A stretch of 64,000 nucleotides of DNA, taken from positions 64,001-128,000 of the forward strand of contig JAZDCZ010000085.1 in the NCBI GenBank assembly GCA_036679605.1, read 5' to 3'. A program made the translations under genes and the position numbers. A model generated the notes under the pieces. The model saw only the letters and a list, made by a program, of their open reading frames with translations. It did not search any database and was not told where the DNA came from. Source of the DNA: Gemmatimonadota bacterium. GTDB lineage: Bacteria; Gemmatimonadota; Gemmatimonadetes; Gemmatimonadales; GWC2-71-9. Each line of letters starts with the position of its first letter. Within the stretch, counting starts at the first letter, position 1. Below are positions 10,900-22,678 of this stretch, one piece after another.

Positions 10900-11676
10900 A
10901 TGCAGTGCCAGGAAGCACGCACAATTTTTGGTCCGGAACTCGGCCCGAGGCCCATCTCGGACGAGACTTCGAACGCATTCGAGCACATCCAAGGCTGCGA
11001 GAACTGCCACCGCTTCTACTCGAATCAGCGAGCCCTAGCAGACCGTGTGCACAGAGCCGGAATCGCGCATGCTGCACCGAACACTCTAAGACAACAGCTC
11101 CTTGCGCGCTTGGCCGAGGATGATCGCAAGACCGTGCAAGTTTGGTCGATCAATCGAAAGCCTCGGAATTTGCTAGCTGTCGGCGCACTCGTGGCTGCGG
11201 CGGCGGCAGTTGTCCTCACGATCACATGGCCGCAAGACACGCCGGTGTTCGCACAGCCATTGGTAGAGCAGGCCATGGTGGCATTGTCGAACGAAAACTC
11301 GATCACTTCTACGGACCCCAAACACCTAGGCGAATGGTTGGAATCGCAAGTGGGCTACCACGTTCACATCCCGGCGATTCCCCGGGCAAGCCTGCTGGGT
11401 GGTAGGATCGCCACAGTCGGGAGTACACGGACTGCAGCGGTGATCTACACTATCGATGGCAACCGATTGACCTATTTTGCGATGGGCCCAGGCCAATCCA
11501 TGGATGCTGAGATTGAGGGCCAGGAAATTGAAACCGTTGCCTCGGGCGAGCACCAGATCGCCTTCTGGACAGAGTCTGGAGCAGGCAGAGCCGTTGTAGC
11601 CGTTATACCACCGGCTGACATAGCTGCTGTGGCGGAAGAGTGCAGAAGGCAGGCATCAGCCGAGTCCGCACTGTAG
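10900..11676 (+). CDS. zinc-finger (zf-HC2) transmembrane anti-sigma factor
   Basis: N-terminal Cys plus HIQGCENC (HxxxCxxC), one TM helix, periplasmic domain (LLGGR...AAVIY). Confidence 0.8.
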   Translation: MQCQEARTIFGPELGPRPISDETSNAFEHIQGCENCHRFYSNQRALADRVHRAGIAHAAPNTLRQQLLARLAEDDRKTVQVWSINRKPRNLLAVGALVAAAAAVVLTITWPQDTPVFAQPLVEQAMVALSNENSITSTDPKHLGEWLESQVGYHVHIPAIPRASLLGGRIATVGSTRTAAVIYTIDGNRLTYFAMGPGQSMDAEIEGQEIETVASGEHQIAFWTESGAGRAVVAVIPPADIAAVAEECRRQASAESAL

Positions 11677-11680
11677 CGTT

Positions 11681-12010
11681 CTATACACGGCGCGGCCGAA
11701 CCCAGATCCCACCATCTTCTTGTTTCACCTCGTAACATCCCAGCGGCTCTGTGGCCGGAAGCTCTAACACTCCGCCGTCGCGGATATCGAACTGGGCGCC
11801 GTGGAGACCACACTCGATGACATAGTCGTCGACCATCTCACCGTCAGACATCGGAAACTCCGCATGTGAACACTGATCCGAGATGGCGTAGGTCTCCCCG
11901 TTGACACGAATCAGACAGATCTGGATATCGTTGCCAAGCTCCGCGCTCATCGGAGTACCCTCGTCTAAATCGCCCACCGAAGCAACCAACTTGAATCCAT
12001 CGTCACTCAT
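11681..12010 (-). CDS. Rieske [2Fe-2S] ferredoxin (SUF-associated)
   Basis: CSH...CGLH Rieske ligands; last gene of the suf operon. Confidence 0.9.
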   Translation of the reverse strand: MSDDGFKLVASVGDLDEGTPMSAELGNDIQICLIRVNGETYAISDQCSHAEFPMSDGEMVDDYVIECGLHGAQFDIRDGGVLELPATEPLGCYEVKQEDGGIWVRPRRV

Positions 12011-12042
12011 ACGCGATTCCTCTGACTCGATCTGGAGTCTAC

Positions 12043-12492
12043 CTACTCAGTAGTAACCAGCCCTGGTTCCGCTTCAAGTGCGGCTTTAAGAGCGTGCCAG
12101 CCAAGGTTTGCGCACTTGACTCGCGCAGGGAATTCCCGAACCCCTGCAAACGCTGCGAGCTTGCGGAAAACCTTGGTGTCCGGTACACCGTCAATTCCTC
12201 CCGTAACCATTGAGTGGAAGTTGCCGAACAGATCTTCCGCCTCAGCGATGGACTTACCCATCACAGACGTCGTCATCAACGAAGCCGAAGCCTGAGAGAT
12301 AGCGCAGCCTGAACCTCGAAAGCTCACATCCGCAATTATGTCACCGTTCATTTTGAGATAAACGGTTATGCGGTCGCCACACAGCGGATTATCACCAGTA
12401 GCCTGACGATCCGCATTCTCAATGACCTTGAAATTGCGGGGACTGCGGTTGTGATCGAGAATGATCTGCTGGTAGAGTTCCCTGACGTCCAT
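12043..12492 (-). CDS. sufU: SUF sulfur-transfer protein SufU
   Basis: LYQQIILDH, NPLCGD, GCAISQAS, RVKCA. Confidence 0.93.
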   Translation of the reverse strand: MDVRELYQQIILDHNRSPRNFKVIENADRQATGDNPLCGDRITVYLKMNGDIIADVSFRGSGCAISQASASLMTTSVMGKSIAEAEDLFGNFHSMVTGGIDGVPDTKVFRKLAAFAGVREFPARVKCANLGWHALKAALEAEPGLVTTE

Positions 12493-12495
12493 CTT

Positions 12496-13728
12496 CTATC
12501 CGAAGATGCTGCGTGCTTTGTGCACTGCGGCCACCAATACGTCTACTTCCTGGCGGGTATTGTACAGCGCAAACGATGCACGTGCCGTCGCCGGCACACC
12601 GTAGAATTCCATGACGGGTTGGGTACAGTGATGCCCCGTACGAATGGCGACGCCCTCTTGATCCACGATAGTGCCTATATCATGAGCGTGAACACCCTCC
12701 ACAACAAACGACACCACGCTGGCCTTGGGATCAGCGTGGCCCAAAATCCTTAGGCCTCGTACGGCTGATAACTGCTCTGTGGCATAGTCCAAGAGATCCA
12801 GCTCGTGCTCGTGAACCGACTCCCAGTCGACACCCTCTAAAAAATCGATGGCATAGCCTAGTCCAACCACACCTGCGATGTGCGGAGTACCGGCCTCAAA
12901 CCTGCTCGGAGGAGGCGCATATGTCGTCTTCTCAAAGGTCACATTGCGAATCATGTCGCCGCCACCCTGGTACGGAGGCATCTCCTGCAGCAATTCCTCA
13001 CGCCCATAAAGAATGCCTATACCCGTCGGTCCGAACATCTTATGGCCCGAGACACAATAGAAATCACAGCCCAAATCCTCTACGTCGATGGGCATATGAG
13101 GTGCGGCTTGTGCTCCGTCGACCACCACCGCTATTCCTCGCTCATGGGCCAGGTCTGTCAGCTCTCTTATGGGGTTTATGGTGCCGAGTGAATTCGACAC
13201 ATGAACTACCGCAACGAGTTTCGTTCTCTTGCCTAGAAGCCGCTCATATTCACCCATTTGTAGAGATCCGGTCTCGTCGATCGGAGCCACCACCAGTCGA
13301 GCCCCCACGGCCTCAGACAACAACTGCCACGGCACAATGTTGGAGTGGTGCTCCATGGCAGTCACGACAATCTCGTCTCCCGAGCCGACGTTGCTCCTAC
13401 CAAAGCTGTTCGCGACCAGATTGATCGCCTCCGTACACCCCTTTACAAAAATGATCTCGTTCGAAGACCGGGCGTTCAGGAAACGCTGGGCTTTGACTCG
13501 CGCGCCTTCATAAGCTGCGGTGGCTTGCTCACTGAGCTGATAAACACCGCGGTGAATATTTGCATTGCTCGTTTCGTAGTAGTTCTTGAGTCCGTCTATT
13601 ACGCACCTAGGTTTTTGACTCGTAGCGGCGTTGTCGAGGTATACCAGCGGTTTCCCCCAGGCTGACTGCGTAAGAATCGGGAACTCCCGCCTGATTGCGT
13701 CCACGTCCAGCGCTTTACGCATAGACAT
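12496..13728 (-). CDS. sufS: cysteine desulfurase SufS
   Basis: YLDNAATSQK, MEHHSN, SGHKMFGP, RTGHHC; ATG 13728 with GAGG RBS. Confidence 0.95.
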   Translation of the reverse strand: MSMRKALDVDAIRREFPILTQSAWGKPLVYLDNAATSQKPRCVIDGLKNYYETSNANIHRGVYQLSEQATAAYEGARVKAQRFLNARSSNEIIFVKGCTEAINLVANSFGRSNVGSGDEIVVTAMEHHSNIVPWQLLSEAVGARLVVAPIDETGSLQMGEYERLLGKRTKLVAVVHVSNSLGTINPIRELTDLAHERGIAVVVDGAQAAPHMPIDVEDLGCDFYCVSGHKMFGPTGIGILYGREELLQEMPPYQGGGDMIRNVTFEKTTYAPPPSRFEAGTPHIAGVVGLGYAIDFLEGVDWESVHEHELDLLDYATEQLSAVRGLRILGHADPKASVVSFVVEGVHAHDIGTIVDQEGVAIRTGHHCTQPVMEFYGVPATARASFALYNTRQEVDVLVAAVHKARSIFG

Positions 13729-13741
13729 CTTTGGAACCTCT

Positions 13742-15094
13742 TCACTCACCAGGATCATCACGTGCTGCGGCGGCGGTCCCCGCTGCCAGCCTTTCCTGCA
13801 GAAGTTCGTCGAGTTGGCGTCGTAGATCCCCGATTGCAATCTGGTTCAGGATTTCTACCCCGAAGCCATAGGTAAGCAGATTCCGCGCTTCAGTTTCCTT
13901 GAGCCCGCGAGTTCGCAGATAAAAAAGCGCTTTTTCGTCGATCGGGCCGAGTGTGGCACCGTGAGTGCATCTTACGTCATCCGCATAGATCTCCAACTGC
14001 GGCTGACTGTCTGCCCGCGCCCGCTCCGAGAGCAACAAATTGTTGTTAGTCTGCTTTGAGTTCGTTCCCTGAGCATCCGGACGCACTATAATCCTGCCGG
14101 TAAAAACACCTCTTGAGCGTTCGTCGTAAATCCCATTGAAATACTCCCAACTCGTGCAGTGTGGCTGCGCGTGATCGATCGTCGTATGATTATCGACGTG
14201 CTGGCGGCCAGACAGCTGCGAAAGCCCGTACAGACGACATTCTGCTTCCGTACCATCCAATACTGCCTCTATGTCATGCCGGGACAGCGCGCTTCCGATG
14301 GCAACAGTCGTGAGCGAATACCGACTATTGTGACGCTGGTAGGCATGAGAAGTTGCCGTGTGGTAAGCCTTCTCGCTCTCCTGCTGGATTCGATACAGGT
14401 CGAGTCGCGCATTCTCCTCCACGACTACTTCGCACACCGAATTGGTCCAGTACACGTCGTCGATTAGACCCACGTAGCGCTCCACCACAGTGGCGGAGGC
14501 TCCATTTTCGACAACCATGATGCTGCGCGGGTGCATTACTTGGTGTGGCACAGTGGCCAAGTACACTACTTGAATAGGCGTCTTCAGTACGACTTCGTTG
14601 GGAACATAGATAAATGCACCGTCGGCCATGAAAGCGGTGTTGAGTGCTGTGAACGGGTTGCTGTCAGTCTCTGCGTGTTGAGCCAAGTGCTGAACGAGAG
14701 GTTCCGCTCCAAGCTTCGCTGCACTCGCGAGATCACTCACCATCACGTTACTAGGGATTCCGTCAAGGCGAGACAGGGCCTCAACATACTTGCCGTTTAC
14801 AAAGACGATGCGGTTGGTGTCGGCTATATCAACGTGATGCAGCTCAAGATCAGTCTCCGACGGGATGTCATCACCACGATCGCTTGCCAGATCAAAAGTT
14901 GCCCTGGCTAGTTCAGACAGATTGGTAAAGCGCCAGCGCTCATCCCGCGTTGTTGGAAACCCCGTTCGGTCGAACTGCCCCATGGCGTCCTCACGCAGCT
15001 GTCTGAGCCACGCCGGTGCCAGCGATGCACCATTTGTCGAGAATATCTTGAAATCGGAGAGATACTTGTCTCTCGTTGCTGTTAATTGCTTCAT
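13742..15094 (-). CDS. sufD: Fe-S assembly protein SufD
   Basis: ERWRFTNL, ALNTAF, PQLEIYADDVRCTHGAT, FYLRTRG. Confidence 0.93.
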   Translation of the reverse strand: MKQLTATRDKYLSDFKIFSTNGASLAPAWLRQLREDAMGQFDRTGFPTTRDERWRFTNLSELARATFDLASDRGDDIPSETDLELHHVDIADTNRIVFVNGKYVEALSRLDGIPSNVMVSDLASAAKLGAEPLVQHLAQHAETDSNPFTALNTAFMADGAFIYVPNEVVLKTPIQVVYLATVPHQVMHPRSIMVVENGASATVVERYVGLIDDVYWTNSVCEVVVEENARLDLYRIQQESEKAYHTATSHAYQRHNSRYSLTTVAIGSALSRHDIEAVLDGTEAECRLYGLSQLSGRQHVDNHTTIDHAQPHCTSWEYFNGIYDERSRGVFTGRIIVRPDAQGTNSKQTNNNLLLSERARADSQPQLEIYADDVRCTHGATLGPIDEKALFYLRTRGLKETEARNLLTYGFGVEILNQIAIGDLRRQLDELLQERLAAGTAAAARDDPGE

Positions 15095-15109
15095 TTTAGA
15101 ACTGCCCCT

Positions 15110-15865
15110 TCAGGCAACCGCTGCTGCTTCCCTAACCCAGTCGTATCCTTTGGACTCCAGCTCCAATGCCAGCTCGCTGCCGCCCGATTTTACGATGCGA
15201 CCGTTCAGCAACACATGGACAAAGTCGGGTGTGATGAAGTTCAAGAGACGCTGGTAATGAGTGACGACAATAGTGGCGTTGTCGGGCGTCTTGAGTTTGT
15301 TCACGGCCTCGGCAACCGATTGGAGCGCATCGATATCGAGACCTGAGTCGGTTTCATCCAGGATCGCGAGCTTGGGCTCTAGAACTGCCATCTGCAGAAT
15401 TTCGTTCCGCTTTTTCTCACCGCCCGAAAAACCATCGTTGACCGGCCTATTCATGAGGCTGTCGTCCCAGTCAATGACTTCAAGTTTTTCCTCGAGGATC
15501 TCCATGAAATCGATGGGATCGAGTTCTTCTTTTCCCTGGCTTTTTCTTATCGCGTTGACAGCCGAGCGCATGAAGTACGCGTTGGTAATACCGCGTATTT
15601 CCACAGGGTACTGAAACGCCAAGAAGAGGCCCGCACGGGCTCGCTCTTCTGGATCCGCATCGAGCAAATCCAAGCCTAGGAAATTGACACTCCCAGATGT
15701 GATCTCGTATGCCGGGTGACCAGCCAAAACCATGGCCAGTGTACTCTTACCTGAGCCGTTGGGACCCATAATGGCATGGATTTCTCCGGCGTTCACCGTT
15801 AGGTCGACTCCTTGCAAGATCTCGGCGCCACCTACGCTCGCGTGCAAATTTCTTATTTCAAGCAT
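15110..15865 (-). CDS. sufC: Fe-S assembly ATPase SufC
   Basis: GPNGSGKST, FQYPVEI, FSGGEKKRNE, DETDSGLD. Confidence 0.96.
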   Translation of the reverse strand: MLEIRNLHASVGGAEILQGVDLTVNAGEIHAIMGPNGSGKSTLAMVLAGHPAYEITSGSVNFLGLDLLDADPEERARAGLFLAFQYPVEIRGITNAYFMRSAVNAIRKSQGKEELDPIDFMEILEEKLEVIDWDDSLMNRPVNDGFSGGEKKRNEILQMAVLEPKLAILDETDSGLDIDALQSVAEAVNKLKTPDNATIVVTHYQRLLNFITPDFVHVLLNGRIVKSGGSELALELESKGYDWVREAAAVA

Positions 15866-15868
15866 GAT

Positions 15869-17305
15869 CTATCCCACACTGCCTTCCAGACTGATGCCGA
15901 GGAGGTTTTGAGCCTCGACGGCAAACTCCATGGGCAGTTCTCTGAAGACTTCTTTACAGAAACCGTTGACTACCAACGACACGGCATCCTCTGCAGAAAG
16001 GCCGCGCTGCTGACAGTAGAATATTTGGTCCTCGCCGATCTTCGACGTGGTAGCTTCGTGTTCCATGATCGCAGAACTGTTGCGCACATCGATGTACGGG
16101 AAGGTGTGCGCACCACACTTATCGCCGATCAGCATTGAATCACATTGAGAATAGTTTCTGGAACCCTCTGCACTCTTCATGATCTTGACCTGTCCCCGAT
16201 AGGTGTTCTGACTCTTGCCGGCCGAGATACCCTTAGAGACGATAGTGCTACGAGTGTTCTTCCCGATATGGATCATCTTGGTGCCGGTGTCTGCCTGCTG
16301 ATAGTTGTTCGTGACAGCCACCGAGTAGAATTCGCCAATCGTGTTGTCGCCGGTCAGTAGACAGCTCGGGTACTTCCAGGTAATAGCCGATCCCGTTTCC
16401 ACCTGAGTCCAGGAAATCTTCGCATTGTCCTGACGGCAGTCACCGCGCTTTGTGACGAAATTGTAGATGCCACCCCGTCCTTCTTCGTCTCCTGGATACC
16501 AGTTCTGCACGGTCGAGTACTTGATCTCGGAGTCCTTCAGCGCAACGAGTTCGACCACCGCAGCATGAAGCTGGTTCTCGTCTCGCATCGGCGCCGAACA
16601 ACCCTCGAGATAGCTGACATAGGCTCCCTGGTCCGCAATGATTAGCGTGCGCTCGAACTGACCGGTCGAAGCGGCATTCATTCGGAAATACGTTGAGAGT
16701 TCCATCGGACAACGAGTACCCTTAGGCACATACACGAATGAGCCGTCACTGAACACCGCCGCGTTTAGGGCCGCGAAGAAGTTGTCGCTGTGCGGAACTA
16801 CCGACCCCAGATACTTCTGAACCAACTCGGGGTGCTCGCGAACCGCCTCAGAAAACGGCATGAAAATGACCCCTTGCTCAGCCAGTTTCTCCTTGAAGGT
16901 CGTGGCTACCGAAACACTGTCGAAGATGGCATCGACCGCCACACCAGTAAGCCGCTTTTGTTCAGAGAGTGGGATTCCCAACTTCTCGAAGGTGGCGAGT
17001 ATCTTGGGATCTACTTCATCCAGACTTTCGAGTTTCTTTTGGGACTTGGGTGCCGAGTAATAACGGATCGCCTGATAGTCGATCGGTTTATACTCAACAT
17101 TTGCCCACTGGGGCTCCTTCATTTCGATCCAGCGACGATACGCCTTGAGCCGCCATTCCAAGAGCCACTCCGGCTCCTCCTTCTTAGCCGATATCATCCG
17201 AACGGTGTCCTCGTTCAGACCCAGTGGAATGAGATCGGCCTCTATGTCGGTGCTCCAGCCGTACTTGTACGGCTGATTTACTTGCTGTTCAATCGTTGTC
17301 GCCAT
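15869..17305 (-). CDS. sufB: Fe-S assembly protein SufB
   Basis: [42 protein letters not shown]; no intein. Confidence 0.96.
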   Translation of the reverse strand: MATTIEQQVNQPYKYGWSTDIEADLIPLGLNEDTVRMISAKKEEPEWLLEWRLKAYRRWIEMKEPQWANVEYKPIDYQAIRYYSAPKSQKKLESLDEVDPKILATFEKLGIPLSEQKRLTGVAVDAIFDSVSVATTFKEKLAEQGVIFMPFSEAVREHPELVQKYLGSVVPHSDNFFAALNAAVFSDGSFVYVPKGTRCPMELSTYFRMNAASTGQFERTLIIADQGAYVSYLEGCSAPMRDENQLHAAVVELVALKDSEIKYSTVQNWYPGDEEGRGGIYNFVTKRGDCRQDNAKISWTQVETGSAITWKYPSCLLTGDNTIGEFYSVAVTNNYQQADTGTKMIHIGKNTRSTIVSKGISAGKSQNTYRGQVKIMKSAEGSRNYSQCDSMLIGDKCGAHTFPYIDVRNSSAIMEHEATTSKIGEDQIFYCQQRGLSAEDAVSLVVNGFCKEVFRELPMEFAVEAQNLLGISLEGSVG

Positions 17306-17307
17306 GA

Positions 17308-17988
17308 TTACGCCTCAGGCTGCGCGTCTACCCGCGAGCCTCGATAAGATCCCCGACTGATAGAGTAAGAACACGCATTACATCCTTCGGGGATATAGTC
17401 CTCACGCTGCACCTCACTCTGCAATACCTCTTCCAAGAAATCGACCTCCGCTTGGCAGATTTCGGGAAACTGCTCAGCAACCGAACGCACAGCGCAGTTG
17501 TGCTCGGCCAGTGTCAGGGAGTCGTTCTCAGTAGACCAGACCGCCATGAACCCTTGGCTAGACAGCAGATCTACAAGCGCTTCAACCCTCTGCTCCAAAC
17601 TTGCCCCGGCCAGTTCTATCCGCATTCTGTCCGCCTGGGTCCGAAACCGTTCGGCGAACATGCGACGAATCGCCTCACGACCGTCGTTCTGGGCAACAAT
17701 CGACAGCACGTCGGTGAGGGCCTGGTCGTATTGGGTGGGAAATAGCGCCTCCCCGTCATTGCTCAACCGGTAGGCATACGTTGGTGCACCCGTGCCACGT
17801 TGCTCCCTGCTGTAACCCACCAGACCGGCAGCCTCGAGTTCCTTAAGGTGTCGCCGTACGGCGTTGGCCGACACATCGAAAAAATCTCCAAGTTCTTTTG
17901 CAGTAACAGGTTGTCTCTTCTTCAACTGGAGAAGAATGTCGCCGCGGAGGCCCTTCTGGCCCGCCAGTGCCGGTGTGATTGAGTTCAT
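17308..17988 (-). CDS. sufR: SufR-like Fe-S-sensing transcriptional regulator
   Basis: N-terminal HTH (SANAVRRHL), C-terminal cysteines (EHNC, EICQAE, GCNAC); first gene of the suf operon. Confidence 0.8.
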   Translation of the reverse strand: MNSITPALAGQKGLRGDILLQLKKRQPVTAKELGDFFDVSANAVRRHLKELEAAGLVGYSREQRGTGAPTYAYRLSNDGEALFPTQYDQALTDVLSIVAQNDGREAIRRMFAERFRTQADRMRIELAGASLEQRVEALVDLLSSQGFMAVWSTENDSLTLAEHNCAVRSVAEQFPEICQAEVDFLEEVLQSEVQREDYIPEGCNACSYSISRGSYRGSRVDAQPEA

Positions 17989-18031
17989 AGGGACGCGAAT
18001 CCTAATAGGTGGACGTCAGTTATGCAATTAA

Positions 18032-18049
18032 TTTAACATTTTTGTTGAA
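18032..18049. promoter_or_regulatory. putative SufR operator
   Basis: imperfect inverted repeat TTTAACATTTTTGTTGAA containing TAAC-N6-GTTG in the AT-rich region upstream of sufR. Confidence 0.5.
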
Positions 18050-18129
18050 AAAAAGACAAGCCCCCGATATCTGTGCCCAGCAATTGGCCTCTCGACAACC
18101 TGCCATTGCCGCAGGTATCACCATTCGTC

Positions 18130-18390
18130 AGTTTTCTGGAAAGGGACCACAATTTCAAAGGAGAGGAAATCCGAATTGGTGCAAACGAAGGCGATTCGAA
18201 CTATCAATTTGGGCAAATCGGTTCGATCGCCACCGATTCTGAAGGCCGCCTTCTTGTTCTGGACACGCAGTCGCGAAACATAAGAGTGTTCACGTCGGAT
18301 GGTCGTTACGAGCAGACCTTTGGCGGGCCCGGGAGTGGGCCAGGAGAGCTTGGCAGTATGACATTAGTTAGGTCATGCTTTGATCGATAA
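18130..18390 (+). pseudogene. fragment of a 6-bladed beta-propeller/NHL-repeat protein
   Basis: EEIRIG...YQFGQIGSIATDSEGRLLVLD...IRVF...FGGPGSGPGELG then an early stop; no credible start or signal peptide; 5' limit approximate. Confidence 0.6.
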
Positions 18391-18492
18391 GCGTTTGGGC
18401 CCACCCGTTGGCATCCGCTCGCTGGCTGTGAGTATTGTGGCGACGACCATAATCCTTAGATTGGTGCCCCCTGAATTAACTAGGTAGAGTCT

Positions 18493-19041
18493 ATGGCAGT
18501 TCGACCAATTCGCCTGCTGGGCGATCCCATCCTCCGAGCGGATTGCGAAACCATCATACGCCCTAAGTCCGCGGCTGTGAGGGTGGTTGCAGACGACCTG
18601 CAAGAAACCCTGCACGATGTGAAGTTGCGCAATAACAGAGGAAGGGCCCTAGCGGCACCACAAATCGGGGCACCGGTCCGGGTAGTGTACGTTGAGGTTG
18701 AAGATCCGTTGCTCCTGATCAATCCAGAGATCACGGATGTTGGTGCGACTGATTTTATGGTGTGGGATGATTGTTTCTCCATCCCACACCTCCTAGTGCG
18801 CGTGCAACGCGCCCACAGGATCAAAGTGAAGTACCAAGACATAGCGGGAGAATCACAGGAGATAGAGGCAGTCGAAGGTATGGCCGAGTTGTTACAGCAC
18901 GAGATCGATCATCTTGACGGTGTCTTGATGGTCGACCGGCCGAGTGGATTGGATCCGTTCTGCCTCCGAGAAGAATGGAACAAGCAGTACGGAGAAAGTG
19001 AACAATACAGCGAGCCTGTGTTGCGAGAGTGCTGGGATTGA
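18493..19041 (+). CDS. def: peptide deformylase family protein with atypical motifs
   Basis: LGDPILR, ALAAPQIG, INPEI, DDCFS, QHEIDHLDG. Confidence 0.85.
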   Translation: MAVRPIRLLGDPILRADCETIIRPKSAAVRVVADDLQETLHDVKLRNNRGRALAAPQIGAPVRVVYVEVEDPLLLINPEITDVGATDFMVWDDCFSIPHLLVRVQRAHRIKVKYQDIAGESQEIEAVEGMAELLQHEIDHLDGVLMVDRPSGLDPFCLREEWNKQYGESEQYSEPVLRECWD

Positions 19042-19065
19042 CGTTTGACCCTCACGAAGCAGTAG

Positions 19066-20541
<1,476 letters not shown>

Positions 20542-20772
20542 CGGCCAAAGTCGGGCGTGCGGAAGGAAGAAGTATTAGCCAGGCATATAGAATCACTGTC
20601 GTTACAGTGTTGATAGTCTTAGTTCGATTTGTGCTCGTAACACAATAACTGTCAAATCTTTAAGAGTTTCCCACACCGACCGAGGACTGTGTAGACAACT
20701 CGCATGCTCGGCACCAAGCCGGGAAAATGCCCGCTTTTGAATACCGCTCTCCCGTGCGATGTTTCTCAAGTC

Positions 20773-21936
20773 ATGGTAGAACGCCAATCGAATCGGGCAT
20801 CGCCCCAGCTCACAGTCGATCCGGAGTCTTTGGCGGCTCTGATCGACCGTCTCAGGCTCAAGCCGAGGATAGCTATTGACACCGAGGCGGCCTCCTTCCA
20901 CCGCTATGTGGACCGTGTCTATCTCATCCAGATTAGTTCGGATGAAGAGACCGCCATCATCGACCCACTGGCTATTGATGATCTCGCCCCGCTCGGCTCT
21001 CTCCTTGCCGATCCCATGATCGAAGTGATCCTGCATGATGCGGACTACGATCTGCGCACGCTCAACCGGGACTATGGCTTCCACGCAAACAATTTGTTTG
21101 ACACTCGCGTGGCCGCACAGCTTTCGGGGGAACCGTCGGTTGGCTTGGGATCACTGCTCGACAAGTATTTCGGAATAAAGGTAGACAAGAAGTATCAGCG
21201 CGCCGATTGGTCACGGCGCCCGCTCAGCCCGGAAATGATTCGGTATGCCACAGATGACACTCGCTACCTGCCTGAGCTTCGCGATCAACTGGAGGAACGG
21301 TTACGAGAATGCGGTCGGTTGGAATGGGCAAGAGAAGAGTTTCGCCAACTGGAGGGGCTTCGTTGGACTCAACCTGACCGCGATGGCCAAGCGCACCTAA
21401 GGGTCAAAGGAGCCAAGAATCTACCGCCGCGAACCTTGGCGATCTTCCGTCAGCTCTACAACTGGCGCGATTCCACCGCTGCGGCGCTCGACCGGGCACC
21501 ATTCCGCGTGTTGGGCAACTCCCATCTCCTGTCGATCGCGCGGGCAGCTCCCGTGGGCATGAAGCGGCTAAGCGAGTCATGCGGACTACCCACTTCGGTG
21601 GTACGGCGATTCGGAAAAGACTTGCTCAATGCGGTCAGCGAAGGGCTCGCGATTCCCAAGGAAAGATTCCCGACTATCGAACGGCGCTCCAGGCCAGCAC
21701 ACAATCCTGTCTATGATCGAAGTTTGGAGCGACTCAAAGCCCTCCGAAACCGTCGCGCCCGAGATCTAGACATGCAGCCCGGTCTTCTATGTCCTAATGG
21801 AACTCTTCAAGCAGTGGCCCGCACAGCCCCATCGAGCACCAAAGCGCTTCGTGCCATATCCGAGATCCGTGCGTGGCAGGTTGATGCTCTGGGAGAAGGA
21901 GATATACTCGCTGCCGTGCAGGGAAAAGACAGCTAA
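20773..21936 (+). CDS. rnd: ribonuclease D (DEDDy exonuclease plus HRDC domains)
   Basis: IDTE, HDADYD, FDTRVAA, DWSRRPL, YATDD; C-terminal HRDC. Confidence 0.88.
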   Translation: MVERQSNRASPQLTVDPESLAALIDRLRLKPRIAIDTEAASFHRYVDRVYLIQISSDEETAIIDPLAIDDLAPLGSLLADPMIEVILHDADYDLRTLNRDYGFHANNLFDTRVAAQLSGEPSVGLGSLLDKYFGIKVDKKYQRADWSRRPLSPEMIRYATDDTRYLPELRDQLEERLRECGRLEWAREEFRQLEGLRWTQPDRDGQAHLRVKGAKNLPPRTLAIFRQLYNWRDSTAAALDRAPFRVLGNSHLLSIARAAPVGMKRLSESCGLPTSVVRRFGKDLLNAVSEGLAIPKERFPTIERRSRPAHNPVYDRSLERLKALRNRRARDLDMQPGLLCPNGTLQAVARTAPSSTKALRAISEIRAWQVDALGEGDILAAVQGKDS

Positions 21937-22232
21937 TAGCCCATAAAAGATCGCACCTTCGGATCGATGCGTTCCGGCGTCCAGAATGGCTCCCACACCA
22001 ACTCCACCTCCACGTTTTCGACTCCTTCGAGCGCGCGGACGACCGCGTCTGATTCACCCATGATTTGCCCTCCCGCCGGACACCCTGGCGAAGTAAGGGT
22101 CATCTCTACGTGCACATCTGTCCCGTTCACCTCGATGTCATAGACTAACCCCAGATCGACGATACTGAGTCCTATCTCCGGATCCTTCACTTTTCGGAGT
22201 GCCGCCCGCACTGCCTCTGCGTCAATAGTCAT
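21933..22232 (-). CDS. DUF59/SufT-like Fe-S maturation protein
   Basis: VKDPEIGLSIVDLGLVY, MTLTSPGCP, VWEPFW; GGAG RBS before ATG 22232. Confidence 0.88.
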   Translation of the reverse strand: MTIDAEAVRAALRKVKDPEIGLSIVDLGLVYDIEVNGTDVHVEMTLTSPGCPAGGQIMGESDAVVRALEGVENVEVELVWEPFWTPERIDPKVRSFMGY

Positions 22233-22297
22233 GATGTTCTCCCAAAGTCTCCATTCGCCACTCAAAATAAGTCACCGAACTATGCGGCGCCATCGTT

Positions 22298-22678
22298 TTA
22301 CGTTACTGGTCCCCACCGGCGAGCGATCCAACGATACGTCAGATCGGCCAACGGCATGATGCCCGGCAGCGACATTATCGCACGCAGAACCCAACCATTA
22401 GGAAGATAAGCAAACAGTTCGCGTGCAGCAGAAGCCCCTGAAAACACCCTGCCGTCGGACCTGACCAGATGGGCTGCCTGTCTCAGCTCTGTCAGGCTTC
22501 GGCCCGACGCGTCCGCTGCCTTGGGGTCTTGAAGCGGCATGCACTCGATCACTCCGGATTTGTCCCATCGCTGGATGCGGCGTATCCAACGCGCACAGAA
22601 CCCACAGGTAGAATCGTAAATGAGAAGCGGTCTCTTGCTTCCACCGTTGCCGAGATGGCTAGTCACACTTCCGACCAC
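22298..22678 (-). CDS. DCC1-like (DUF393) thiol-disulfide oxidoreductase
   Basis: IYDSTCGFC (DxxCxxC), YRWIARR; start uncertain. Confidence 0.8.
   Translation of the reverse strand: MVGSVTSHLGNGGSKRPLLIYDSTCGFCARWIRRIQRWDKSGVIECMPLQDPKAADASGRSLTELRQAAHLVRSDGRVFSGASAARELFAYLPNGWVLRAIMSLPGIMPLADLTYRWIARRWGPVT

Noticed and set aside
15869..17305. Possible intein in sufB (also considered for polA, dnaA and mutS)
   Set aside because: Lengths are normal and no splicing motifs or insertions were seen
20542..20772. AT-richer spacer with a small CACTGT/ACAGTG hairpin as a possible sRNA
   Set aside because: Only a 6-bp stem and no recognisable family motif
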